A program made the position numbers and the translations under genes. Shown here piece after piece: positions 17,807-27,803 of a stretch of DNA of 31,184 nucleotides (its first letter is position 1; every line of letters starts with the position of its first letter). This DNA comes from a virus (lineage: Duplodnaviria; Caudoviricetes): IMG/VR virus record IMGVR_UViG_3300016667_001098, positions 1 to 31,184 of that record; one strand, given 5' to 3'. The notes below the pieces were generated by a model that saw only the letters and a list, made by a program, of their open reading frames with translations, made no database searches and had not been told where the DNA came from.

Positions 17807-18160
17807 ATGAAGTTAAGTTTTGTTTTTACAGTATTAAATCAACTAAGAATCGATCATTGGCAAACCAAGAGCTTTGCAGAACACAAGGCTCTTGGAACTG
17901 CTTATGAAGAGTTATCTGACAAGTTTGATGAGTTTGTAGAAAAATACTACGGTAGAAATAGCATACCTGAAAAATCTGTAACGTATACTATTAAGTTAGA
18001 TTCTTATAATGATAATCTTATTGCAAAGTATACACAAATGAGAGAAGCTGTAATAGGCTACCTTTCAACAATAACAGGTGGAGCTGGTGATCTTAAAAAT
18101 GTACAAGATGACATTGAAGGTGAATTTGATCACTTATTATATCGATTGCAACAAAAGTGA
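17807..18160 (+). CDS. Ferritin/Dps-like four-helix protein (DUF5856-like)
   Basis: HWQTKSFAEHKALG..YEEL...DEFVEKYYG, LKNVQDDI, LLYRL. Confidence 0.8.
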   Translation: MKLSFVFTVLNQLRIDHWQTKSFAEHKALGTAYEELSDKFDEFVEKYYGRNSIPEKSVTYTIKLDSYNDNLIAKYTQMREAVIGYLSTITGGAGDLKNVQDDIEGEFDHLLYRLQQK

Positions 18161-18759
18161 AGAATTTTAAAATTTTAGTACTTAATAAATATTACTTCCC
18201 GGTAGCTGTAGAAGAAGTTCAAAAAGTCTTCAGTAATATCTTTACTGGATCAATGGTACCGTTAGATATCTCATACGAGGTTAAAGAAGACGGTTATGTT
18301 GATCTCAATAGTATTGAATATTTTACACCAGTTGAAAGAGTATCTGATTGGTTGCAGCTACCAATCAGAACTTACGATGAATATATACACACGGTAAGTG
18401 GAGCTGTACGCGTACCACAAGTAGTTATATGTTCGAGATTCGATAGAGTTATTTTCAATCGTGTGCAGTTTCCAACAAAACTAAACATCTATAAGCGTGA
18501 TAATTACACGTGTGTATATACCGGTAGGAAACTTCTCAAAGAAGAGTTAAGTATTGATCACGTTATACCTAAAAGTAGAGGTGGTAAAGATACATGGGAT
18601 AATTTAGTAACATGTGATCGTTTACTCAATTCACAGAAGAGTAGTAAGACATTAGCAGAAGCTAACCTCAAGTTACGATATAGGCCGTTCCGACCTAAAA
18701 ACGGACTAACACTCGAAATTTATAAAGACGAATGGTCTTCCTTCTTGAAAAATATCTAA
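18157..18759 (+). CDS. HNH endonuclease
   Basis: GTG start overlapping upstream TGA; ILVLN, NIYKRDNYTCVYTG, SIDHVIPKSRGG..TWDNLVTC...NSQK. Confidence 0.9.
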   Translation: MKNFKILVLNKYYFPVAVEEVQKVFSNIFTGSMVPLDISYEVKEDGYVDLNSIEYFTPVERVSDWLQLPIRTYDEYIHTVSGAVRVPQVVICSRFDRVIFNRVQFPTKLNIYKRDNYTCVYTGRKLLKEELSIDHVIPKSRGGKDTWDNLVTCDRLLNSQKSSKTLAEANLKLRYRPFRPKNGLTLEIYKDEWSSFLKNI

Positions 18760-18782
18760 CATAGATTATATATATGTTAGAT

Positions 18783-19517
18783 ATGAGAATTGCTATTAGT
18801 GGCTGTCAAAATAGTGGTAAGTCTACCCTTATTAAAAATTTCCTATATACTTGGAAAGGCTATAAGACACCAGAGAAGACTTACCGCGACATTCTCAAAG
18901 AAAAAAACCTATCTCATTCTTCAAGTACTACCGTAGAGACGCAAGAAGCTATTCTTAACTCTATGATTGATCAGCTACAGTCATATGATAAAAATAGTAA
19001 AGTAATTTTTGATCGCTGCCCTATTGACAATGTAGTATACTCAATCTGGGCCTTTGAAAAAGGTATTGAAGGATTTACACACGAATTTATTCAAAAGCAG
19101 ATTCTTCTAATGAAAGAGTCACTTAGATTTATTGATGTTATATTTATCAGTAGATTTGATGAAAGACAATCAATTGTAGCAGATGAGTTGAGAGATACAA
19201 ATAAGGTATTTATTCAAGAAATTGACAGTATCTTTGGCTCTGTATATAGACAGTATATCGGTAATATTCATGCTGATGTTTTCTTCCCGAAAGATGATTC
19301 CCCAGGTGTTATTCAGCTACCACATAACCCACAAGCACGGATTGATCTAATTGCAGAATATGTAACTCCAGATGGTGAAATGTATAGTGATGAAGATTCA
19401 ATCTTAAATCCAAATAATATCAATGAACTTGAAGCGCTTGTTAAACAACAAAAAACAGCGCTTGATCAGGAAGAAGCTGAAAAAGCGCTGTTTAAAAAGT
19501 TTGGTCTTAAATCTTAA
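18783..19517 (+). CDS. P-loop NMP-kinase-like protein (AAA_28/thymidylate-kinase-like)
   Basis: MRIAISGCQNSGKST, VIFDRCPIDNVVY; start 18774 or 18783. Confidence 0.75.
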   Translation: MRIAISGCQNSGKSTLIKNFLYTWKGYKTPEKTYRDILKEKNLSHSSSTTVETQEAILNSMIDQLQSYDKNSKVIFDRCPIDNVVYSIWAFEKGIEGFTHEFIQKQILLMKESLRFIDVIFISRFDERQSIVADELRDTNKVFIQEIDSIFGSVYRQYIGNIHADVFFPKDDSPGVIQLPHNPQARIDLIAEYVTPDGEMYSDEDSILNPNNINELEALVKQQKTALDQEEAEKALFKKFGLKS

Positions 19518-20059
19518 AACTGCTGTATTTGTATACTTGCACGTGCAGCACTCGTATATGCAGTCAGTGTACTGAGCTTTTTAACAGCTAACCTAATACC
19601 CGACGGCCAAGAAGATAAAATTACAACACGCGAGTCCATATTTGGATCTTCGATATGTGTAGTAACTAAGTAGTTAGCATTCTGAAAAGGGGTTGAAAAA
19701 TATAAGTCAAAAGAGCCACCTGCAATAGACGGTGCGGGATTTGTTACTATATTATAACTACTAATCAAGGATATCGAGGCCGAAGCACCAGCAATAGAAA
19801 AAATTGCTTTTGTATTACTGGTAGTTATAGATGTACTTAAAGAACTTACTGTACTTGATAAAGCTGCAATATTTGTTGTATTAGTTGTTATAGTAGTTCC
19901 AAATGTTGTGTTATCTAGAGTTATGACAAAATTTGAAAAATCTATAATATTAGTACCAGTGCTATTCTCAACCAAGAGAAAGTCGCCGCTAGATATATTA
20001 TATGCTTGTGGTAATTCTTTAACGTTATAGTAAAGGTTTTGACCATCCGTAGTAGGCAT
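19514..20059 (-). CDS. Ser/Thr-rich late protein, probable virion fibre/decoration protein
   Basis: TAAATA 5 nt before ATG; VKELPQ...SGDFLLVE N-terminus, TTITTNTTNIAALSSTVSSLSTS coil, LYFSTPFQNANYLV resembling fibre C-terminal domains. Confidence 0.6.
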   Translation of the reverse strand: MPTTDGQNLYYNVKELPQAYNISSGDFLLVENSTGTNIIDFSNFVITLDNTTFGTTITTNTTNIAALSSTVSSLSTSITTSNTKAIFSIAGASASISLISSYNIVTNPAPSIAGGSFDLYFSTPFQNANYLVTTHIEDPNMDSRVVILSSWPSGIRLAVKKLSTLTAYTSAARASIQIQQF

Positions 20060-20064
20060 ATGTA

Positions 20065-20070
20065 TATTTA
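20065..20070 (-). promoter_or_regulatory. Late promoter core TAAATA
   Basis: CTAAATA 5 nt before ATG 20059. Confidence 0.7.
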
Positions 20071-20072
20071 GG

Positions 20073-20099
20073 TTGATTTATCGAGTTTGAATGTATAAT
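20073..20099 (+). promoter_or_regulatory. Sigma70-like promoter (glycosyltransferase island)
   Basis: TTGATT-N15-TATAAT-N6-ATG(20106). Confidence 0.65.
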
Positions 20100-20105
20100 T
20101 ATGGT

Positions 20106-20927
20106 ATGATAGGTGTTGGTATTGTTACCTGTAATAGACCAGAATATCTTAAATCGTTAATCAAATCGATCGAACCATGTATTAACTCGATTAATCATTT
20201 AGTAATCGTAAATGATGGTGAAGCTTTTGAATTTAAAGATGATAGATTTACATTCTTACAAAATGAAAAAAATGAAGGTGTAGGTAAGTCTAAAAATAGA
20301 CTCATGCAACATCTACTTGATCAAGGTTGTGACTATATCTTCACTATTGAAGATGATATGATTATTTTAGATCCTAGAGTATTTGATGAATATATTCAAG
20401 CATATAAGAAGAGCGGTATCCATCACTTTAACTATGGTCCGGGATCTCCGTTTAATCGAAAGCAGGTAATTCAGAATTTCGATTTACATAATAGACATCT
20501 ATTAGATCAAAATTCAGAACCTAATCCAAAAATGGTGATTGATTATAGCGATGTTAAGGTTTCATTGTTTGAACATACAGTAGCTATGTTTTCTTTCTTT
20601 ACTCGTGAGGTACTTGAAAAGGTAGGTTTAATTGATGAAGCGTTTTACAACGCATGGGAGCATGTTGATCATACCTATAGGATTATTAAAGCTGGTTATC
20701 ACCCGCCGTTCTGGTACTTTGCAGACTTATACGATAGTCACAAATACCTGACTGAGGCACCTGGTGCTATAGATAATTCTTCTATAGCTAATAAGACTGA
20801 ACAGTGGGAGAAAAATGTTTATGGTGGTAGAGAAATATACCTAAAGAAACACGGTCACTATCCAAACGAGCCTCCCTTTGTATCAAAGGAACAAGTTGTT
20901 CAAATAATTAAACGCCTTGCAAAATGA
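20106..20927 (+). CDS. GT2-family glycosyltransferase
   Basis: GIVTCNRP, IVNDG, TIEDD, VGLIDE, EHVD; start reassigned to ATG 20106, 6 nt after TATAAT. Confidence 0.88.
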   Translation: MIGVGIVTCNRPEYLKSLIKSIEPCINSINHLVIVNDGEAFEFKDDRFTFLQNEKNEGVGKSKNRLMQHLLDQGCDYIFTIEDDMIILDPRVFDEYIQAYKKSGIHHFNYGPGSPFNRKQVIQNFDLHNRHLLDQNSEPNPKMVIDYSDVKVSLFEHTVAMFSFFTREVLEKVGLIDEAFYNAWEHVDHTYRIIKAGYHPPFWYFADLYDSHKYLTEAPGAIDNSSIANKTEQWEKNVYGGREIYLKKHGHYPNEPPFVSKEQVVQIIKRLAK

Positions 20928-21703
20928 GCGTACATATTACATTCAACCAACATGAAGGTGGCTTCTTTTCTAATTTTAATAAAGTTATAACATGTCTCGC
21001 GTACAGCGAAAACATATCAAAAATTTCATGGAATTTAATAGGACAACCCTTTGGTGCTTTTGCATACAATTGCGGTGAGGTATTTTCGAATCTATTTGAA
21101 CTCTACGATGAACAGAAATTAATCGATTCACATCATGTTGAAACAGAGTTTAAATATTTAGAATATACAGGTAAAGATACCCATCAACTATATATAAGTG
21201 ATAATACATGGCGTAGTGACCTTAATAAGGTATATAAAAAATATATTATACCAACGAAATTATTACAAAAAAGCATTGATGTAGTTGATGAACATTTTGC
21301 AAAAAATGCTAATATTAAGGTAGGTATTTTGAAACGTAATCAGCTACTGAAATGTGAACAGACTAACAATACTATGCCTAGTATGGAAAGCTATATTAAT
21401 AATATACACCAAATACCTGGTAATAAGACATGCGTACTCAGTATTGATAATAATACTGATATCGAGCTATTTAAAAGTATTAGAGACATGAAATTTATAT
21501 ACTCAACAGGCATTCGAAGGACAACCAAGGATACAGATATGGAGCCACACTTCTTACCTGGAACAATTCAAGATGCATTATATTATTTTATGGATGTATA
21601 TATGCTTTCAAAATGTGACTTCCTAATACACCCTGTATCTAATATGGCTACAGCTGCTCTATATATGAATCCTAATCTTAAATCAATCTACCTACAACAA
21701 TGA
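20924..21703 (+). CDS. Fucosyltransferase-like (NodZ/GT23-like) protein
   Basis: GGFFSNF start, VGILKR, SIDN, DVYMLSKCDFLIHPVSNMATAA. Confidence 0.65.
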   Translation: MSVHITFNQHEGGFFSNFNKVITCLAYSENISKISWNLIGQPFGAFAYNCGEVFSNLFELYDEQKLIDSHHVETEFKYLEYTGKDTHQLYISDNTWRSDLNKVYKKYIIPTKLLQKSIDVVDEHFAKNANIKVGILKRNQLLKCEQTNNTMPSMESYINNIHQIPGNKTCVLSIDNNTDIELFKSIRDMKFIYSTGIRRTTKDTDMEPHFLPGTIQDALYYFMDVYMLSKCDFLIHPVSNMATAALYMNPNLKSIYLQQ

Positions 21704-22455
21704 AGATCGCTATACTAGTACCTACAAGAGAAAGAATGAACAACCGTTTAACATTATTGTTTTCAATTTTAACAACGGTCAGTAATATTAATAATGTTAA
21801 TATATACTACGGTGTCGATAAAGACGATCCTACGTTAGATACAATAAAAAAGGTATCTAAGGGCATACCCTGCTTAAAAGTTATCGAAATAGATAATAAT
21901 GGAGAGTTCTTAGGATTAGGTAAACTATGGAATATGCTAGTTGATGAGAGCAGTGAAGATATTATCTCAATGATTGGTGATGATATGGTTTTTAAAACAA
22001 AAGACTGGGATTTAAAAATATTAAATGAATTTAAAGAAATGCCTAAAGATTGTATTAAAGCTGTACATTGTAATGATGATTACCATGGCGCTAAACTAGC
22101 TGTTAATCTTTTCTGCCATCGTAAATATGTAGATGTATTAGGAAAATTCATGAGAGAGGAATTTAAAATTAACTGGGTTGATCAATGGTTACATCAGATA
22201 TTCAGCGCCTTCAATAGACTTATATATCGTGACGATATTATGATTGAACATAGACATTGGGTTTTGGGTAAAACCGTTCATGATAATACAGCTACACGAA
22301 TGTCGATCGCTGATAGTAATAAGATCAGCGATCAGCTATGGTATGATCTTGTTGATGAGCGTATTAAGGATGTTAAATTGTTAAGTAAATATTTAAAATT
22401 AGAACCTGACTGGTCGGTAGTTGATACAGATGGTGCTACGTTACAACTAACATGA
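21700..22455 (+). CDS. GT2/GT-A glycosyltransferase
   Basis: ILVPTRER, VDKDD, MIGDDMVF, WVDQWL, IEHRH. Confidence 0.8.
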   Translation: MKIAILVPTRERMNNRLTLLFSILTTVSNINNVNIYYGVDKDDPTLDTIKKVSKGIPCLKVIEIDNNGEFLGLGKLWNMLVDESSEDIISMIGDDMVFKTKDWDLKILNEFKEMPKDCIKAVHCNDDYHGAKLAVNLFCHRKYVDVLGKFMREEFKINWVDQWLHQIFSAFNRLIYRDDIMIEHRHWVLGKTVHDNTATRMSIADSNKISDQLWYDLVDERIKDVKLLSKYLKLEPDWSVVDTDGATLQLT

Positions 22456-23102
22456 TAATATATACACACTATAGTGACTCACACAAAACAATGTATGAGG
22501 AATATTTTAGAGCTTCCTTACGTAGATTATATAGTAAGGAGAATGTTTTAATTAAAGCAGTCTACCATAAGCAGACATCCAATTCTGGATCTTTTATGTC
22601 AAATGGATGGCTTGATACAATGGATATTAAACTTGATGTAATACTAGCAGCATTAAACGAGACTGAAGAGTTCATATTCGCAGATTGCGATATACAATTC
22701 TTTAAACCATTTGTACACCACGTACAATCTGCATTGAAACATTATGATATTGCTTGTCAGGAAGATAGAGGCAGTCTTTGTGCAGGATTCTTTGGATGTA
22801 AATCGAATGATAAAACACGCGCGTTATTCACTAATATAAAGAGCAAATTTAGAGAAATGGTTAATGATCAAGTTGCTCTGAATAATTTAAAAGATATTGT
22901 AAGTAGTACAACATTAAATAGGGAGCAGTTCTATACAATTGGTAATTTTTTCGAAAATAACAATGGCACTTTTGTATGGGATAATGTAACTAATATTACA
23001 CCACCACCTAATATACTATTACATCATGCAAATTATGTTGTGGGTGTTGATAATAAAATTAATCTACTTAAAATGATAAAAACAAATGAAGGTATGGTTT
23101 GA
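22452..23102 (+). CDS. Nucleotide-diphospho-sugar transferase (GT77-like)
   Basis: IFADCDIQF, LCAGFF, NDQVALN, LHHANY..G...K. Confidence 0.8.
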   Translation: MIIYTHYSDSHKTMYEEYFRASLRRLYSKENVLIKAVYHKQTSNSGSFMSNGWLDTMDIKLDVILAALNETEEFIFADCDIQFFKPFVHHVQSALKHYDIACQEDRGSLCAGFFGCKSNDKTRALFTNIKSKFREMVNDQVALNNLKDIVSSTTLNREQFYTIGNFFENNNGTFVWDNVTNITPPPNILLHHANYVVGVDNKINLLKMIKTNEGMV

Positions 23103-24006
23103 TAAACAGGATGTAGTATATGAAAAATTCATATCAGAACAATTCCTCATACTACCCCTCTTTGAACAGTTTGTTGTATATCAGAATAAAGATTTTATAG
23201 ACTCTAATGAATGGATAGATAATATATCTAATATAATCGAGTATGTAAATAATGTTGAAGATAGTGATGTCATAATCTATCCTTATAAATTAGACTCTAA
23301 TATTAAGAAATATATTAATATCTCTATTAATACATCTAAAAAATTAATTTGTTTCTATAATGATGATAATGATGCGCCATCATGTCTTCCTGATAATGTA
23401 GATGTATATAGGACATCTCTTTACAGTAGTAGACGTAAAAAAACTGAATTTGGTCTACCAGCATGGAGCTGTGATTTTACGAAATTAACAACACTTAACT
23501 ATCTTATAAAGAAAACACAGCCGATAGTAGGCTTTTGTGGTGCTATAACTCATAAATCTAGACAACACGCTATTGAGTTATTAAATCACAATAACCAAAT
23601 TATAACAGACTTTAAAATTAGAAATAGGTTTTGGGGCGGTGATATACATAACCCTCTAATTAGAAATGAGTATGTTAGTCATATGGTAAAAACAGATCTT
23701 GTTTTATGCTGCAGAGGAGCGGGAAATTTTTCATATAGGTTATATGAATGTATGTCACTTGGTAAAATACCTATTATTATTAATACAGATATTACACTTC
23801 CGTGTAGTGATATTATTTCTTGGAAAGATATAGGTGTATGGGTTGATAATATAGATGATATAAATTATATTATTAATAACTACTGGTCTAATATTACAAA
23901 TGAAGAGTATATTAATCGGCAAAAATTAAACAGAAAACTATATGATGATTTTCTTTCTCCAGTAGGTTTCGCAAAATACCTTAGTAATAAATACACAAAA
24001 ATATGA
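23086..24006 (+). CDS. Exostosin-like (GT47) glycosyltransferase
   Basis: VGFCG, LVLCCRGAGNFSYRLYECMSLGKIPIII. Confidence 0.82.
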   Translation: MKVWFDKQDVVYEKFISEQFLILPLFEQFVVYQNKDFIDSNEWIDNISNIIEYVNNVEDSDVIIYPYKLDSNIKKYINISINTSKKLICFYNDDNDAPSCLPDNVDVYRTSLYSSRRKKTEFGLPAWSCDFTKLTTLNYLIKKTQPIVGFCGAITHKSRQHAIELLNHNNQIITDFKIRNRFWGGDIHNPLIRNEYVSHMVKTDLVLCCRGAGNFSYRLYECMSLGKIPIIINTDITLPCSDIISWKDIGVWVDNIDDINYIINNYWSNITNEEYINRQKLNRKLYDDFLSPVGFAKYLSNKYTKI

Positions 24007-24854
24007 TATATGATTTTTTTACTGATATTTTTAAATATGAAAAATATCCTGTTGAATATGAATGCTATAAGCAGTTTGTGGGGAGTGATGTTAATTATAT
24101 TGCTGTACCATGGACACAAATTCTAAATAGCCACTGGTTAGATTTCCCCGGTAGACAATCGAGAGATGTTTACTTTAAGTATCTTAGCAAACAAAAGATC
24201 CAACAACAAAATAATTTTACAGTATGTCAGCATGATAGCTATATACTACTACGAGACTACTTTAAATATTTAAATATTACAAAAGTATTTGCGTGTGCCG
24301 CTTACGATCATGATATGATTAACAATATTGAAATCATACCTATGCCGTATATTAATACATTTGCATTTAAACCTACAACTAAAGATATACTAGTATCCTT
24401 TCTCGGAGCTATAACACATGAATGTAGAAATATTATTAAACAGCGCATACATAATAAAAATATAATATTTCGCGATACGTATCATATTACTTCAGATTTT
24501 TTTATAAAAAATAAAAAAACAACAGAAGAGCAAGAGTATGAGGATATTTTATCTCGGAGTAGATTCTCACTCTGTCCACGTGGTTCAAATCCCAATTCGG
24601 TACGGTTTTGGGAAAGTTTAGCAGCAGGAGCTATACCTATTTTAATTTCCGATGGATATAAATTACCTGTTTGGAATTGGGATAAAACTATAATTAGATT
24701 AAAAGAATCAGATCTACTTAATCTAGATTATGAAGAGCTTGAAAACGTCTTACTAAACTTAAAAGATGAAAACGAGAGACGTGCTAATTGCTTGAAAGCA
24801 TATGAATATTTCAAGCATGAAAATTATAGACACTATATTACAACGCACATATGA
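24003..24854 (+). CDS. Exostosin-like (GT47) glycosyltransferase
   Basis: KDILVSFLG, SRFSLCPRGSNPNSVRFWESLAAGAIPILISD..KLP. Confidence 0.85.
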   Translation: MIYDFFTDIFKYEKYPVEYECYKQFVGSDVNYIAVPWTQILNSHWLDFPGRQSRDVYFKYLSKQKIQQQNNFTVCQHDSYILLRDYFKYLNITKVFACAAYDHDMINNIEIIPMPYINTFAFKPTTKDILVSFLGAITHECRNIIKQRIHNKNIIFRDTYHITSDFFIKNKKTTEEQEYEDILSRSRFSLCPRGSNPNSVRFWESLAAGAIPILISDGYKLPVWNWDKTIIRLKESDLLNLDYEELENVLLNLKDENERRANCLKAYEYFKHENYRHYITTHI

Positions 24855-25597
24855 ATAAAGTTATTGCTTACAATATGCCGGATGCTGGTTTAGGTAATAA
24901 AATGTTTATAAACGCGCTTGCATATATTATTTCACTTAAAACCGGTAAGGAGCTTATTACAACACCTATAGAATTTTTTAATAATACAAAATTAAACACT
25001 AAATTAGACGCAGTAGTAAATCCTTTATATACAAGACAATTTGGCGATCAGTATATAAATCTAGACGAGATATTAAAGCATAAGGGTGATATAGTTGTTA
25101 ACTCTTTCGCTCAACGACAAGAATATTATACAAACTATAGAAATGAACTACGAAGCTTTTTTTATGAAGCAACTAATAATGGTGTTCAACATAACAATAC
25201 AGTTTTATATATTAGAAATGGTGACTATAAGGATATAGGCGTTTATCTAGGTTTAGAAAATTACTATACTATCCTAGATAATATTGATTTTTCTAACTTA
25301 ACTATTGTTGTAGAGCATGTTGATAAAGATGTTGATGCTATAGCGCAAAAATATAACGCGAATATCTTTAGTAATAGTATATTCGAAGATTTTTTATACA
25401 TAAAAAATGCAGCAAATATTATTATGTCGCAGTCAACATTTTCATGGTGGGCAGCTTTTTTAGGTGACGCAAAAAGGGTATATATACCTTTATCTATCAA
25501 AGGAGTTAGTAAAGGTTGGTGGTATGTAGACCCTGATAATGATGATATAGATTTATCCTTAAAATATAATAATTATAATTATATTTTAATAAAATGA
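24851..25597 (+). CDS. Alpha-1,2-fucosyltransferase-like (GT11)
   Basis: GLGNKMF, LYIRNGDY, IIMSQSTFSWWAAFL. Confidence 0.85.
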   Translation: MNKVIAYNMPDAGLGNKMFINALAYIISLKTGKELITTPIEFFNNTKLNTKLDAVVNPLYTRQFGDQYINLDEILKHKGDIVVNSFAQRQEYYTNYRNELRSFFYEATNNGVQHNNTVLYIRNGDYKDIGVYLGLENYYTILDNIDFSNLTIVVEHVDKDVDAIAQKYNANIFSNSIFEDFLYIKNAANIIMSQSTFSWWAAFLGDAKRVYIPLSIKGVSKGWWYVDPDNDDIDLSLKYNNYNYILIK

Positions 25598-26160
25598 TAA
25601 CATTATTAGATATAGGTTGCAATATACTAGATGGTTATAAACATTTACAGCAGTATGAAGATATTACTGATGATAATGTTCGTAAAATATTTGTAGAGCC
25701 AAACCCCGAATGTTGGCTAGAGATAGAGCAGTTACTTATATCTATACCTAATGCTAAACTCGTCAAGAAAGCTGTATCTTCTACAGGAGGTACCGTTGAA
25801 TTAATTACACGCGCTGATGTTGCTGCTGATATAGCAGCAACAATTATTGGTAGAGATTATTTAGAAGCTAGCTTAGCCAAATGTAATATGGCTGTTAAAA
25901 AGTTTAATAGATATAAGATCGAAAGCATCACAATAGACAAAATAATAGAAGAGTTTAATATAATACCTGAAAATACGATATTAAAGCTTGATGTGGAGGG
26001 TGTAGAATATGATATATTGAGTGATATTATCAGATATAATATTAATTTTAAAAAAATTTACTGTGAATTTCATATTCATAACGAAATAGATATGAGTAAG
26101 AAGACAACACTTTTAAATCAATTTGCAAAAAGAAATCTCAATATAATCGATTGGCAGTAA
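25594..26160 (+). CDS. FkbM-family methyltransferase
   Basis: LDIGCN, FVEPNP, LKLDVEGVEY, YCEFH. Confidence 0.85.
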   Translation: MITLLDIGCNILDGYKHLQQYEDITDDNVRKIFVEPNPECWLEIEQLLISIPNAKLVKKAVSSTGGTVELITRADVAADIAATIIGRDYLEASLAKCNMAVKKFNRYKIESITIDKIIEEFNIIPENTILKLDVEGVEYDILSDIIRYNINFKKIYCEFHIHNEIDMSKKTTLLNQFAKRNLNIIDWQ

Positions 26161-26161
26161 T

Positions 26162-26935
26162 ATGAACAAGCAGAAATGGCCGCAATTTAACGAATCGATG
26201 AAATATTCATATGATTATATGAATATAAAAACACAAATAGAGATGTGGAATATAATTGAAACGAGATATCTAGAATATAAATCTAGAGAAGTTCAGGTAC
26301 ATAAAATACCTAAAATAGTACATCAAATTTGGTTAGGTGGTAATATGCCTGAAGCTGAACAAAAAATGGTAAATCAAGTCAAGTCTAATTTAGATAAGGA
26401 TTGGAAACATATATTATGGACAGAAAATGATATTCATAATCTAAAGAGCTTCGAAAATAAAGAATTATACAATGAGACGCCAAATTACGGTCAAAAATCT
26501 GATTTATTACGATATAATATACTAAATGAAATAGGCGGCGTTTATATGGATACAGACTTTATTTTATTAAATCAGTTTAATAAACTGTTGGATTTAGACT
26601 TTTTCTGTGGTGTTGCATATGATGATCAACCATCTCTTTTTAATGGGTTAATGGGATGCAGCCCGGGTAATGATTTAATAAGAGATCTACTAAAACTAGA
26701 TAGACCTTTAATGTATTATGATGCTATGAAGTTAATGGATTCTACAGGCCCATTCTTTTTAACGCGTAAAGTTTTTAAGCATATAACCGCTAATAAAGAT
26801 ATTTGCGTATTACCAAATTCATTTTTATACCCGTTACCTAATTTTGAAAGATCAAAAAGTAAAGGAGTAGATTATAGAAACTATATTGAAGATGAGAGTA
26901 TATGCTGTCATATGTGGTCTAGCTCCTGGATGTGA
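26162..26935 (+). CDS. DXD-motif glycosyltransferase (GT32/Och1-like)
   Basis: IPKIVHQIWLG, KSDLLRY..L...GGVYMDTD, TGPFFLT, HMWSSSW. Confidence 0.9.
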   Translation: MNKQKWPQFNESMKYSYDYMNIKTQIEMWNIIETRYLEYKSREVQVHKIPKIVHQIWLGGNMPEAEQKMVNQVKSNLDKDWKHILWTENDIHNLKSFENKELYNETPNYGQKSDLLRYNILNEIGGVYMDTDFILLNQFNKLLDLDFFCGVAYDDQPSLFNGLMGCSPGNDLIRDLLKLDRPLMYYDAMKLMDSTGPFFLTRKVFKHITANKDICVLPNSFLYPLPNFERSKSKGVDYRNYIEDESICCHMWSSSWM

Positions 26936-26938
26936 TCG

Positions 26939-26966
26939 TTGATATTATCTGTAAGAATGATATATA
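26939..26966 (+). promoter_or_regulatory. Sigma70-like internal promoter of the island
   Basis: TTGATA-N16-(TGa)TATATA-N6-ATG(26973); alternative TATAAT at 26963-26968. Confidence 0.6.
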
Positions 26967-26972
26967 ATATCA

Positions 26973-27803
26973 ATGGTATCAGGAGAGACATTACAGTCAT
27001 TAGCTGAAGTGAGCTTATACACAGAAATGTCGGATCTTATTTTAAATCAAATAAGATCTAAGCCTCAAAACTTGATAAAAATATCAGATGTTAGCGTTGA
27101 TGATATTAAGAAATATAAAATTATATATATATATACACAGTTTATAGATGATTTTTTTGATAAGTTTTACAACCACTTAGATAATGTAACACTTATATCA
27201 CATAATTCTGATTACGGTATACATGATAGACATTTGAAATATCTAAATGGTGATAACGTTAAAAAATGGTATTGTCAAAATAGAGAAACTTCACATGCAA
27301 AACTATTTTCTATTCCAATAGGTTTAGCTAATAGTCAATGGCTTCACGGTAATCAAGAATTAATATCTTCTATTAGAGAAGAACAAAATGCGAAAGAGAT
27401 TTTAGTATATAAAAATTTTGATATAGGTACTAATTATAATGAGAGACATATTTGTAATGCTATTACAAATAATAATGGAATATATTTATCCAGTAATACA
27501 TCAATAGAAAACTATTGGCGTATTTTATCAAAAAGTAAGTATATTATATCACCACCTGGTAATGGGATAGATTGTCATAGAATCTGGGAAGCTCTATATT
27601 TACGTACAGTACCTGTTGTTAAATACCATGAAAGTTTCTCGCAGTTTAAACACCTACCTATTTTGTTTGTAGATAGATGGGAAGAAGTTACGATCGATAA
27701 CTTACTAAGTAAACAAGATGAATTTAAATATATAGAGTTTGATAATATACGAGAGTTAACTATTGATTACTGGAAAAATATTATAATAAATGAAAACTAT
27801 TAG
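26973..27803 (+). CDS. Exostosin-like glycosyltransferase
   Basis: ISHNSD, IPIGLAN, SKYIISPPGNGIDCHRIWEALYL.TVPVV, LPILFV. Confidence 0.75.
   Translation: MVSGETLQSLAEVSLYTEMSDLILNQIRSKPQNLIKISDVSVDDIKKYKIIYIYTQFIDDFFDKFYNHLDNVTLISHNSDYGIHDRHLKYLNGDNVKKWYCQNRETSHAKLFSIPIGLANSQWLHGNQELISSIREEQNAKEILVYKNFDIGTNYNERHICNAITNNNGIYLSSNTSIENYWRILSKSKYIISPPGNGIDCHRIWEALYLRTVPVVKYHESFSQFKHLPILFVDRWEEVTIDNLLSKQDEFKYIEFDNIRELTIDYWKNIIINENY

Noticed and set aside
8026-18759. GIY-YIG and HNH genes as intron/intein-borne homing elements
   Set aside because: Both are free-standing, coupled to neighbours, interrupt no gene and show no intron or intein signatures.
18745-18782. Sigma70-like promoter for the kinase-like gene (TTGAAA-N16-TATATA)
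   Set aside because: Spacing to the two candidate ATGs (1 or 10 nt) does not fit the 6-7 nt pattern, so it was not counted.
7731-20105. ORF-track starts at 7731, 11846 and 20091
   Set aside because: Extensions run over promoters or upstream genes; ATGs at 7791, 11900 and 20106 fit the promoter and N-terminal patterns better.
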